From contig JAHJRD010000002.1 of the NCBI GenBank assembly GCA_018830945.1, forward strand, positions 1 to 44,389: DNA of 44,389 nt, given 5' to 3'. Positions 22,897 to 31,144 of this stretch are shown piece after piece (position 1 is the first letter of the stretch; every line of letters starts with the position of its first letter). The notes below the pieces were generated by a model. It made no database searches, had not been told where the DNA came from, and saw only the letters and a list, made by a program, of their open reading frames with translations. The stretch is from Nanobdellota archaeon. Its GTDB lineage: Archaea; Nanobdellota; Nanobdellia; SCGC-AAA011-G17; GW2011-AR17. The position numbers and the translations under genes were made by a program.

Positions 22897-24000
22897 TCAA
22901 GACACATGCACCTCAACAACATCCTCATCAGCAACTTCATGCTCCAATTTCAATACCTTTTGCCCTGCAAACTTCACTGACTTGCCCCAAATACGGGCAA
23001 ACCTGAACCTTTTTACAAATCCCCTGTGCAACTTTTCACAAACAATCTTTAATGTTGCGCCTTTTTTCAAAACTATTGGCTCACTCATGTCAGCCGGTTT
23101 CCCAACCTCCTTGCAATATACTCTTACAAGCTCCAATCTTTGAAATATAAGCTCTTTCATCTCATCAATCCCTTCTGCTTTCTCAGCTGATATGAATATG
23201 TCAGGATTAACAATTACTTTTATCCTTTCTTTTGCAGATTCATCCAATAAATCCGCCTTGTTAACAACAATTATGCCGGGCACATACTTCCTGTTGCCTT
23301 CAACAGCATCTATCATTTCTTCAGCAGAAAGATCCTGCCTCATTATGACATCTGCATTGCTTATCTTCAGCTCCCTTAACAATGCGATTGCAGTATCCCT
23401 GTCCATTCTTGTGAAAGTGCCTGCCAGGCTGATGCCGCCTGTTGATTTTTTTACAATCTTTATTTCCGGCTTTCTGACATTCATCCTTATTCTTGCATTA
23501 TACAATTCTGCCCTCATCACATTGAGCTGCTCTGGATGAATAGCATCAACAAGAAGTATTATCAAATCAGCTGATGACGCAGCTGCAATAACTTCCCTCC
23601 CTCTTCCTTTTCCTCTTGAAGCCCCTTCAATCAATCCAGGCACATCAAGAACCTGTATCCTTGTTTTCTTGTACTGCAGAATCCCGGGGATTACGTTTAA
23701 AGTGGTAAATGCATAAGCTGCTACCTGTGATTTTGCGCTTGACAAGACATTCAATAAAGTGCTTTTGCCTGCTGAAGGAAACCCTATCAAGACAGCTGTT
23801 GCATCCCCTGTCTTCCTTACTGCAAATGTGTCAACTGCAAGCTTTGTAGAGGCTTTCTTGTGCTTCTCATCCCTCATTCTTGCAATCTTTGCCTTTAACA
23901 ATCCGACAGAGTTCTGTGTTCTTTTGTTGTATTTTGTTTTCTTAAGCTCTGCCTCAAGCTCCGCTATCCTGTCATTCAGTTTTAAGTCATTAATGCCCAT
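22897..24000 (-). CDS. DRG/Rbg-family (Obg-like) GTPase with C-terminal TGS domain
   Basis: G1 is GFPSAGKSTLLN, G2 is AFTTL, G3 is LDVPGLIEGAS and G4 is NKAD. The N-terminal helical IAELEAELKKT...LKAKIA and the C-terminal TGS-like tail are both present. Confidence 0.9.
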   Translation of the reverse strand: MGINDLKLNDRIAELEAELKKTKYNKRTQNSVGLLKAKIARMRDEKHKKASTKLAVDTFAVRKTGDATAVLIGFPSAGKSTLLNVLSSAKSQVAAYAFTTLNVIPGILQYKKTRIQVLDVPGLIEGASRGKGRGREVIAAASSADLIILLVDAIHPEQLNVMRAELYNARIRMNVRKPEIKIVKKSTGGISLAGTFTRMDRDTAIALLRELKISNADVIMRQDLSAEEMIDAVEGNRKYVPGIIVVNKADLLDESAKERIKVIVNPDIFISAEKAEGIDEMKELIFQRLELVRVYCKEVGKPADMSEPIVLKKGATLKIVCEKLHRGFVKRFRFARIWGKSVKFAGQKVLKLEHEVADEDVVEVHVS

Positions 24001-24039
24001 TGTTCTCTCCTTAGGAGATATTATAATCTGGCTAAATAA

Positions 24040-24335
24040 AGCTTCCGCTTCTACTGCTTCCTTAAATGGCCCAGCCTTGTCTCAGCGCCGAGATGCACCC
24101 TGAAGAAATTCTTAAGCCCCATGTTCCTTGGAATGCCATAATTGCCCTTTTTCCAGTTTTCTTCCCACCAGCAGATACCATTGCCATGCACATCCCTGTG
24201 GCTCCTCCTTTCCTGCGGGCATCTTGGGCAGACATGGCGCAAATGCCACTTTGCATTCCTGCTCTTGCCCATTAAAAGCCCGGGCATGGAGAGTAAATCA
24301 AGCAGAAGTATGCTTGGTATCTTTTTTGCCATTAC
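24040..24335. ncRNA. GC-rich, stop-codon-poor block: candidate structured RNA (class unassigned) or a leaderless 93-codon ORF on the minus strand
   Basis: Five overlapping ORFs in different frames on both strands (24051-24332, 24062-24256, 24066-24275, 24128-24361, 24142-) indicate stop-codon depletion. By hand count, G+C is about 51% over 24061-24300, against AT-richer flanks. On the minus strand, a TATA (aaatata, 24353-24359) lies about 24 nt upstream of 24332. A possible terminal helix pairs cuucugcuu (about 24297-24307) with aagc-agu-agaag (about 24049-24060). Confidence 0.3.
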
Positions 24336-24422
24336 ATTCCTTACGCACAGGTTATATTTAAATATTCAGGCAACCATGAAGCGAGCAGATTCGCAACCAA
24401 AAGGCTTATATATACAGACGTA

Positions 24423-24434
24423 TTACATTTGTAA
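24423..24434. promoter_or_regulatory. Palindrome TTACA-TT-TGTAA between TATA box and RHH gene start (candidate autoregulatory operator)
   Basis: ttacatttgtaa lies at 24423-24434. The TATA-like cttatatata is at about 24404-24413 and the ATG is at 24439. Confidence 0.35.
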
Positions 24435-24438
24435 CACA

Positions 24439-24693
24439 ATGGCAATGGAACAAATCCAGGTAAGAATAAGTAAAGGGATTATTGAAAGGGTGGACAGCCT
24501 GGTGGAAGCAGGCATTTACGAAACCCGCTCAGACGCAATAAGAGACGGAGTCAGGAAGCTTGTTGTGAGCGATCTTGTAGGAATAATCCCGAATAAAGGG
24601 GATACAATTAAGGATTTAAAGGCATTGAGAAAAAAGCTGTCCAAAGGCATGACAAAAGAAAAGCTATTGGCGCTCAACAAGCTCATGGATTAA
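24439..24693 (+). CDS. Ribbon-helix-helix (CopG/VapB-like) protein
   Basis: MAMEQIQVRISKGIIERVDSLVEAGIYETRSDAIRDGVRKLV shows a beta-strand followed by two helices, typical of RHH antitoxins and regulators. The true start is the ATG at 24439; the track ORF 24142-24693 reads through the GC-rich block. Confidence 0.7.
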   Translation: MAMEQIQVRISKGIIERVDSLVEAGIYETRSDAIRDGVRKLVVSDLVGIIPNKGDTIKDLKALRKKLSKGMTKEKLLALNKLMD

Positions 24694-25125
24694 GTCTTCT
24701 GGTTTCCCTGCAATTAAGTGTTTGCCAGCAATCTGAATCTGAAGATAATCTCTCGATACCAATGCTGCGCCCATTCTTTTGCTTATCGCAATATGCAGGC
24801 AGTCAAAAAAGCTAAGGGCATAATTTTCTGCATATTCCAGTTTACGTGCGAATTCGTAATCGACTTCTTTTGTTCTTACAAAAATTATTGATTTATTGCC
24901 ATTAAATGCTTTTTTTGATAATGCAAACAGTTTTTGGTCAAGATTATAAGTGAGTTCTTTCATAACAATAGGCGAGATAATTACCTTTACATTGCTAACA
25001 TTTGCAGCTGCATTAACAAAAGCTTCTGCCAATAGCCAAAATTTGATTTTACCGCTTTCTTCTTTCTTAAAGAGATTAATCCAAACAGATGTGTCCAGAT
25101 AATAAAACCTTAAATCATTTTGCAT
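24664..25125 (-). CDS. PIN-domain protein (VapC-like)
   Basis: The motifs are FYYLDTSVWINLF (first Asp), FFDCLHIAIS and ALVSRD. It is paralogous to 31136-31552, and both end in KPE(D/E)LI. It is convergent with the RHH gene, with a 30-bp 3' overlap. Confidence 0.7.
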   Translation of the reverse strand: MQNDLRFYYLDTSVWINLFKKEESGKIKFWLLAEAFVNAAANVSNVKVIISPIVMKELTYNLDQKLFALSKKAFNGNKSIIFVRTKEVDYEFARKLEYAENYALSFFDCLHIAISKRMGAALVSRDYLQIQIAGKHLIAGKPEDLIHELVERQ

Positions 25126-25279
25126 ATATTTTTTACAAGCAGGAGGTTAATAAGCTTTATTGCCTGTTTCGAAAATCCTCCAAAAATCCTGAAAGACTTC
25201 CGCCAATTCCGGAAATTGTTTATAAAAACCGGAAAAATGAAGCGAATTCTTTTTAAACTAATAAGCACTATACCTTATC

Positions 25280-25621
25280 ATGAAAAGCCACAAACTGCTG
25301 AAAAACCCTGAAGCGTGCAGGACATGCGCAAAGTGCTGCAGGATTTTCACGTTTTATGACCATAATGGCGATGGCTTTATAGACAGGATAAGGCTTTTGA
25401 AAACAAAGAAGATTAAAGTTGAGGAATCTGACTTTGCAACAAATGAAGGGAAAAGCCTCTTCAGAGTTATACTTAACATTCCCTGCTCTGCGCTTGTTAA
25501 AAAGAAAGGAAAGTATTTCTGCAAATTGTTTGGCAATAAAAAAAGACCGCAGATGTGCAATGAGTATCCCTATAATATGACTGACTGGGAAAAAAGGTTT
25601 TGCAAGGGTTTGAAGAAATGA
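25280..25621 (+). CDS. YkgJ/UPF0153-like Zn- or Fe-S-binding protein (CxxCxxCC)
   Basis: ACRTCAKCCRIF is the CxxCxxCC signature, and further Cys lie in IPCSAL...YFCKLF...PQMCNEYP. Its stop overlaps the start of the downstream radical SAM gene (ATGA at 25618-25621). Confidence 0.55.
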   Translation: MKSHKLLKNPEACRTCAKCCRIFTFYDHNGDGFIDRIRLLKTKKIKVEESDFATNEGKSLFRVILNIPCSALVKKKGKYFCKLFGNKKRPQMCNEYPYNMTDWEKRFCKGLKK

Positions 25622-26616
25622 AAGAGGCGCTTTATTACAAGAAGCTCAAAGATAATTCTGTCCAGTGCGTTCTATGCCCTCACTTCTGCACTATAAAGGA
25701 AAATGAAAGAGGAAAATGCAATGTCAGGGAAAACAACGAAGGAAAGCTTTACTCGCTTGTCTACGGAAAGCCGAATTCAATAGCAATTGACCCTGTTGAG
25801 AAAAAGCCATTGAACCATTTCTTTCCAGGCACAATGACATTTTCAATAGGAACAGCCGGCTGCAACTTAAAATGCCATTTCTGCCAGAACTTTGAATTAT
25901 CACAAAGCAAGCCAGAAGATCTTCCTTTCTATGACATGCCTGCTGAGAAGGTTGTTGAAGAGGCGTTGAAAGCGAAATGCCATTCAATCTCTTACACATA
26001 TTCAGAGCCGACAATATTCTATGAGTATATGATTGATACTGCTAAAATAGCCAGGAAAAAAGGATTGAAAAACATCTTTGTCACAAACGGCTTTATCAAC
26101 CCAGAGCCTTTGAAAGAGCTTTGCAAATACATTGATGCTGCGCATGTTGACCTGAAAGGGTTTGATGAAAAAGTATACTCAAAAACATGCGAGGCAAGAT
26201 TAAAGCCTGTATTGGAAACACTTCAAACATTAAAGAAAAACAATATGTGGTTTGAGGTGATTAACCTTGTGATTCCGGGCATTAATGATGACATGAAAAA
26301 GATTAAGGAAATGTGCGATTGGCTTAAGAAAAACATTGGAGAGGACTGCGTATTGCATTTCAGCAGGTTCTTTCCTTGTTATTTAATGAAAGATACCCAG
26401 CCAACGCCTGTTGAAACCTTAAACAAAGCAAAAGAAACAGCTGAAAAAGCAGGATTGCATTACATTTATCTGGGAAATATAGCAGAAGAGGAGAATACTT
26501 ACTGCAAAAAATGCAAAAAATTATTGATAAAAAGATACAGATATGATATTCTCGAGAATAATGTGAAAAATGGGAAGTGCGCTTATTGCAATGAGAAGAT
26601 TGCAGGCGTGTTCTAG
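25618..26616 (+). CDS. AmmeMemoRadiSam-system-type radical SAM enzyme (PFL-activase-like)
   Basis: The N-terminal auxiliary Cys cluster is VQCVLCPHFCTIKENERGKCNVR. It also has AIDPVEKKPLNHFFPGT and the radical SAM motif GTAGCNLKCHFCQN. The C-terminal CKKCKK...CAYC forms a Zn-ribbon. The ORF-track start at 25600 is a TTG. Confidence 0.75.
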   Translation: MKEALYYKKLKDNSVQCVLCPHFCTIKENERGKCNVRENNEGKLYSLVYGKPNSIAIDPVEKKPLNHFFPGTMTFSIGTAGCNLKCHFCQNFELSQSKPEDLPFYDMPAEKVVEEALKAKCHSISYTYSEPTIFYEYMIDTAKIARKKGLKNIFVTNGFINPEPLKELCKYIDAAHVDLKGFDEKVYSKTCEARLKPVLETLQTLKKNNMWFEVINLVIPGINDDMKKIKEMCDWLKKNIGEDCVLHFSRFFPCYLMKDTQPTPVETLNKAKETAEKAGLHYIYLGNIAEEENTYCKKCKKLLIKRYRYDILENNVKNGKCAYCNEKIAGVF

Positions 26617-27152
26617 CCTCTCACTTTAACCAAAAGATGGATTGCTGCAAGCCCAAAGCCGATTGCTGCCAATTCTCCTAAAAATAGAAACAATAACGGC
26701 GGAAAGAATAATGCAGCATGCGAAGCAGTAAGCTTCCAGCATCTTTTTTTGGAATTAAGGAATACTGAACTGCTGAAAGGCAGGCCGTAAAGAAACAGCA
26801 ACACAGAAAAAACAAGCAATTGCGCGCCTTTTAATGAAGCAAAGGCAGCAGCCATCAAAAGCCCTAAAAACAAATAATCATAATTAAAGCGCTGTTTTGC
26901 AGCATGCTTGAAGATGTTTAGGGCAACTGCCGTAACAATCCCAGAAGCCACCCCCACAACCCCAACCAACGGCGTGGAATGCTTAAACAAAAAATATACT
27001 GAAAGCAAAGAAAGAGAAAGCAGCAACAATCTCCTGAAAAGCTTTATCCATTTTCTGCCTGGCCTAAGCTCTTCTTTTGCCATCCATGCAAGCAATAACC
27101 CCAGGGGCATGCCTAAAAACACCACTATAGGCAATAAAAACAGGAAGTCCAT
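26613..27152 (-). CDS. Hypothetical polytopic membrane protein
   Basis: 179-aa ORF with about 5 hydrophobic segments. No motif recognised. Confidence 0.5.
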   Translation of the reverse strand: MDFLFLLPIVVFLGMPLGLLLAWMAKEELRPGRKWIKLFRRLLLLSLSLLSVYFLFKHSTPLVGVVGVASGIVTAVALNIFKHAAKQRFNYDYLFLGLLMAAAFASLKGAQLLVFSVLLFLYGLPFSSSVFLNSKKRCWKLTASHAALFFPPLLFLFLGELAAIGFGLAAIHLLVKVRG

Positions 27153-27205
27153 AATCTATTATACTCCCGCAATATATTTAAAGGTATCTTCAGGATTATT
27201 CTTCT

Positions 27206-27754
27206 ATGATTACAACACCATATGAAATATTCAGCATTTTAGTTGTAATAGCTGCAATCGCATACATCTTTTCAGGGTTTGTGCCAAGGAAAGACCCTTA
27301 CAGCTTCAAGCCTGGCTGGGATGAGATTAAGTTTGCCGCCATGGTTGCAGCCCCTGCTGTAATTGTCCATGAAATGTTTCATAAGTTTACTGCAATGGGT
27401 TTTGGCATACCTGCGTTTTTTCAGGCATGGTGGCCGGGCTTAGGCTTAGGTGTATTTTTAAAAGTAGTCGGCTCATCATTTTTAATCATCGCGCCTGGCT
27501 TTGTTACAATGCCTGCAATTGCAACGCCGGTGCAAAGCACATTAATAGCATTTGCAGGGCCTTTTGCCAACCTTATAATCTGGCTTGGCACTACGTGGTA
27601 TTTGAAAAGCAAGAAGACATTCAGGAGAAAAACATTCTTGTTTTTAATGCTTACAAAAAAGATAAACATGTATTTGTTTATTTTTAACATGCTGCCAATA
27701 CCCGGCTTTGACGGGTTTCATGTAGTGTCAGGATTATGGAAACTGTTTTTCTAG
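27206..27754 (+). CDS. Site-2-protease-like membrane metalloprotease (peptidase M50)
   Basis: HEMFH (HExxH) sits in a TM helix, and FNMLPIPGFDG fits the NxxPxxxLDG-type second motif. The protein is polytopic. Confidence 0.75.
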   Translation: MITTPYEIFSILVVIAAIAYIFSGFVPRKDPYSFKPGWDEIKFAAMVAAPAVIVHEMFHKFTAMGFGIPAFFQAWWPGLGLGVFLKVVGSSFLIIAPGFVTMPAIATPVQSTLIAFAGPFANLIIWLGTTWYLKSKKTFRRKTFLFLMLTKKINMYLFIFNMLPIPGFDGFHVVSGLWKLFF

Positions 27755-27756
27755 AA

Positions 27757-28908
27757 TTATCTCTTCTTCACAATCTTCTTTGCAACGCGCTTAAGCCCTG
27801 AGAAAAAGCCCTTCTTCACCACTTTCTTAACAATTTTCTTTGTCGCTGCCGCTCCAAGCCCCCCTTCCCTACGCTTGGGGGGCTTCACAACCTTCTTCTT
27901 AACTGCTTTTTTTGCAGGCGCCTTTTTAACAGCCTTCTTCACAGCTTTCTTAACTACTTTTTTAACAGCTTTCTTTACTGCTTTTTTCACAACATTCTTC
28001 TTAACAACCTTCTTCACAGCTTTCTTTACTGCTTTTTTCACAACATTCTTCTTAACAACCTTCTTCACAGCCTTCTTAACTGCTTTTTTCACAACATTCT
28101 TCTTAACAACCTTCTTCCTAACAACCCTCCTCTTTGCCATTAATTTGGTAAACTCAACAGCCAATCTTTCTTCCTCTGCCTTTATTTCAACAGAAAGCTC
28201 CTCTATCCTTCTTTTAATATTGTCAATTGTCTTCTTGTTGTCCTGCTCAACAAGCAGCTGGCCGCATTCAGGGCAGTGGAAATCCGCTTCCATTGCATCT
28301 TCCATTGTCAGCCTTTTGCATTTTTCAGGGCATACATAGAATTTTCCATATTCCTCTTTTGCAAGCTTCTCCATGAACTCTGCAAGCTGCCTTTTTTTCT
28401 GCTGGAACAAGGCATCCTCAAGCTTTTTTACGTCAAGTGTCCAGTAATAGATATACCATCCTTTTTTCTTGTCTTTCTTTCTTGTAAAGGTGACGAGATT
28501 TACCTTGTGCAGCCTGTAAAGCATGTTCCTTACCTGGTTGACTGTAATGTTCAGCCTGTCTGCAATAGCGAATTCAGAAACATTTTCTTTTCCTCTCAGA
28601 AGCGCGACAAGAGGCAGTATGTCTTCTCCTGCAAGGTTGACAACCAAGTCATCTATTTCCCTGTTTGACACTTTTGTGTCAGGAGCAGACTTTTGCATTA
28701 TCCTTGGAGCTTTTGCAGCGGGAACTTTTAGCACTGGCGTTTGCAGCTTCTTTTTTACCAGCTGCTTTTTAAAAATTGGCTTTTTCACTGGCTTTGCCTT
28801 CTTTATAGGAGCCTTAACCGCCTTCTTTGTCGCTGCCGCTCCAATCCTCCCTTCGCTGCGCTTGGGAGATTTAACAGATTTCTTAATAGATTTAGATTTC
28901 TTTGCCAT
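27757..28908 (-). CDS. tfe: Transcription factor E (TFE-alpha homolog) with lysine-rich N- and C-terminal repeat tails
   Basis: The core is a wHTH (SEFAIADRLNITVNQVRNMLYRLHKVNLVTFTRKKDKKKGWYIYYWTL) plus a Zn-ribbon (CPEKC...CPECG). The tails are built from KKAVKK-type repeats. I used the ATG at 28906-28908 (MAKKSKS); the ORF-track start is 28980. Confidence 0.75.
   Translation of the reverse strand: MAKKSKSIKKSVKSPKRSEGRIGAAATKKAVKAPIKKAKPVKKPIFKKQLVKKKLQTPVLKVPAAKAPRIMQKSAPDTKVSNREIDDLVVNLAGEDILPLVALLRGKENVSEFAIADRLNITVNQVRNMLYRLHKVNLVTFTRKKDKKKGWYIYYWTLDVKKLEDALFQQKKRQLAEFMEKLAKEEYGKFYVCPEKCKRLTMEDAMEADFHCPECGQLLVEQDNKKTIDNIKRRIEELSVEIKAEEERLAVEFTKLMAKRRVVRKKVVKKNVVKKAVKKAVKKVVKKNVVKKAVKKAVKKVVKKNVVKKAVKKAVKKVVKKAVKKAVKKAPAKKAVKKKVVKPPKRREGGLGAAATKKIVKKVVKKGFFSGLKRVAKKIVKKR
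27965..28117. repeat. Three tandem 51-bp coding repeats (17 aa, K-V-V-K-K-N-V-V-K-K-A-V-K-K-A-V-K) in the TFE C-terminal tail
   Basis: The units are 27965-28015, 28016-28066 and 28067-28117. The first two are identical, the third differs at three positions, and degenerate copies flank them. Confidence 0.9.
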
Positions 28909-29044
28909 GCTGCAGGTATTATTATTGTCAGAGGGGGTATTTAATCTTTTCGCAAAAAATCCAAAGCAGCATATCCGCAAAACAGCTGGTTTAGGGCAAA
29001 TGTGTGCAAAAACTTATTAAGCAATTAAGCACTAATATATTACA

Positions 29045-30829
29045 ATGGCCAAGAAAGAGGGGATGAGGTGGAATCTTGATGAGATTCTGCCTGCTAAAAA
29101 GTTTGATGAATTATGGAAAGAGATTGAGCAGGATATTAGCAAATATGATTTTTTCCTGCCAAAATTCAGCCCTGAGATGGACAGGGATGGCTTTGTTGCT
29201 TTTATGAAATTTGACGAGAAAATAATTGAGAAGCTTGCGAGGCTTGGGGGGATGCCTTGCCTATGGGAATCCACAGACCAAAAGTCGCAGGAAGCAAAGC
29301 TATTGAAAAGCAAAGCAGAGGACCTTGTATTGAGGTTTAGCAACAAGACAAGGAAAATCAGCCTCTGGCTGCAGGGCAAGGAGATTGATGGATTTGTAAG
29401 GCTTGATGACAAGAACGCAGAAAGACTGTTCAAAACACTGCCTGCATTACAGTACGGCATGATGTATTCAAGGAAGCTTGCAAGGCACACGCTTTTGGAA
29501 AATGAGGAAAAGATAATAACTGAAAAAGATATGACAGGCGCAGGCGTGCTTGTTGACTTAAGGGAGCTGATTGAGACAGAGTTCTGCTTTAAGTTCAAGC
29601 CAAAAGGGAAAAAAGAGAAAATATTCAACAATGCAGCAGAGCTTCTCAAGCATGTCTATTCAAAGAATGCAAATGAAAGAGAGGCTGCGTGCAATTCCTT
29701 GCTTGAGAAATACAAGGAAAACATTGACAAATTTTTCATGGTGTATCAGGCAATTGTAAAGGACTGGCGCTATGATTATGAAAGAAGGGGCTATGAAAGC
29801 GCAATACAGGTAAGGAACATAGGAAACCATGTGCCTGACAAGGCAATTGAAGTATTATTGGATGTATGCAGGACAAACAGGGATGTGTACCAGAGATATT
29901 TCAGGTTCAAAGCAAAAGAGCTTGGCATGAAAAGATTAAGAAGGCATGACATCTATGCGCCTTTAAAAATCGCAAAAGACGAGAAGATAAGCTATGAAGA
30001 GTCAAAAAAGCTTGTGCTTTCAACATTTGACGAATTTTCAAAAGGCTTTGGCGAAAAGGCAAGAAGGATAATCAATGACAGGCATATTGACTCGCATCCG
30101 CGGCAGAACAAGAGAGGAGGGGCATTCTGCCTTACATTAATGCCTTCAATCGCGCCTTACGTGCTTTTGAATTACACGCACACTGCAAGGGATGTGTCAA
30201 CAATGGCGCATGAGCTGGGGCATGGGATACATTCATTGTACGCAGCGCACCTGCCAATGGCTGCGCAGCACGCAAACCTCCCATTGTCTGAAACAGCTTC
30301 CACATTCGGTGAGATGGTTGTTTTTGAGAAAATGCTTGAAAAGGCAAAAAATGACAAAGTAAGAAAGGCAATGCTTTCAGACAAGATGGCTGACTCGTTT
30401 GCAACAATCCTGAGGCAGGCTTATTTTGTGATGTTTGAGAAAAAAGCGCATGAAGCTGTAAGGAAAGGGATTACTGCAGAGCAATTGTCTGGCTTGTATA
30501 TGGAGATGCTGAAAGAGCAGTTTGGGGATTCTGTTGATATATCTCCCATATATCGGTATGAGTGGGCAAGGATTCCGCATATTGTTGCAACGCCTTTTTA
30601 CTGCTATGCATACAACTTTGGGGAATTATTGTCAATGGCTTTGTTTGCAAGGTACAAGAAAGAAGGAGTGGGCTTTGTACCTAAGATTGAGAAGGTATTA
30701 TCCTATGGAGGCTCTGAAGACCCTGACAAGGTTTTAAAAGAGATTGGGGTGGACATGTGCTCAAGAGAGTTCTGGGAAGGCAGTTTTGAGATTGTAAGAG
30801 GATGGCAGGAAAAGCTGGAACAATATTGA
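29045..30829 (+). CDS. pepF: Oligoendopeptidase F (peptidase M3B)
   Basis: The 594-aa product carries HELGHGIH (HExxH) with a downstream E, and its overall length and layout are typical of PepF. Confidence 0.85.
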   Translation: MAKKEGMRWNLDEILPAKKFDELWKEIEQDISKYDFFLPKFSPEMDRDGFVAFMKFDEKIIEKLARLGGMPCLWESTDQKSQEAKLLKSKAEDLVLRFSNKTRKISLWLQGKEIDGFVRLDDKNAERLFKTLPALQYGMMYSRKLARHTLLENEEKIITEKDMTGAGVLVDLRELIETEFCFKFKPKGKKEKIFNNAAELLKHVYSKNANEREAACNSLLEKYKENIDKFFMVYQAIVKDWRYDYERRGYESAIQVRNIGNHVPDKAIEVLLDVCRTNRDVYQRYFRFKAKELGMKRLRRHDIYAPLKIAKDEKISYEESKKLVLSTFDEFSKGFGEKARRIINDRHIDSHPRQNKRGGAFCLTLMPSIAPYVLLNYTHTARDVSTMAHELGHGIHSLYAAHLPMAAQHANLPLSETASTFGEMVVFEKMLEKAKNDKVRKAMLSDKMADSFATILRQAYFVMFEKKAHEAVRKGITAEQLSGLYMEMLKEQFGDSVDISPIYRYEWARIPHIVATPFYCYAYNFGELLSMALFARYKKEGVGFVPKIEKVLSYGGSEDPDKVLKEIGVDMCSREFWEGSFEIVRGWQEKLEQY

Positions 30830-30877
30830 TTCTTTTGACAGAAAAGCTTAAATATACATTGTAATACATAGTATATC

Positions 30878-31144
30878 ATGGAAGCAATATGCGTAAAGCT
30901 GGACAAGGGCATAGTGAAAGAGATAAATACAATAGCCAAGGAATTCCATTATTCCACAAGGACTGACTTCATAAGGGAAGCAATAAGAAGCAAGATAGAG
31001 GAGCTGCAGAAGAAAAGGGCGCTAAAAAATCTGGAGAAATATTTTGGGGCTTCAAAGCTTAAGACAACAGATAATGAGCATGAAAGAATAAGGGACGAAG
31101 TCGCAAAGGAATATGCCAAAAAGTTCGGAGTAAAGCTAGATTAG
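30878..31144 (+). CDS. Ribbon-helix-helix (CopG/VapB-like) protein
   Basis: MEAICVKLDKGIVKEINTIAKEFHYSTRTDFIREAIRSKIEEL fits the RHH pattern. Confidence 0.7.
   Translation: MEAICVKLDKGIVKEINTIAKEFHYSTRTDFIREAIRSKIEELQKKRALKNLEKYFGASKLKTTDNEHERIRDEVAKEYAKKFGVKLD

Noticed and set aside
24040-24335. Specific assignment of the GC-rich block as RNase P RNA or SRP RNA
   Set aside because: Short matches to the CR-I/CR-V-like and GGAAGCAG motifs are present. However, I could not form the P4 pairing or an SRP helix-8 hairpin around them, and the spacing from the ends is atypical. I report it only as an unassigned candidate.
27965-28117. Possibility that the regular 51-bp (TFE) or 57-bp (7049-7390) tandem repeats are a CRISPR array
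   Set aside because: The units are contiguous with no unique spacers between them. They are in frame and encode coherent peptide repeats inside long ORFs. No cas genes are present in the window.
27875-28339. 154-aa F/T/A-rich ORF antisense to the TFE C-terminal tail (and 28523-29020, 28276-28668 nearby)
   Set aside because: It is the mirror image of the lysine-codon (aag/aaa) repeats. It is low-complexity, has no start signals, and the opposite strand encodes a recognisable TFE.
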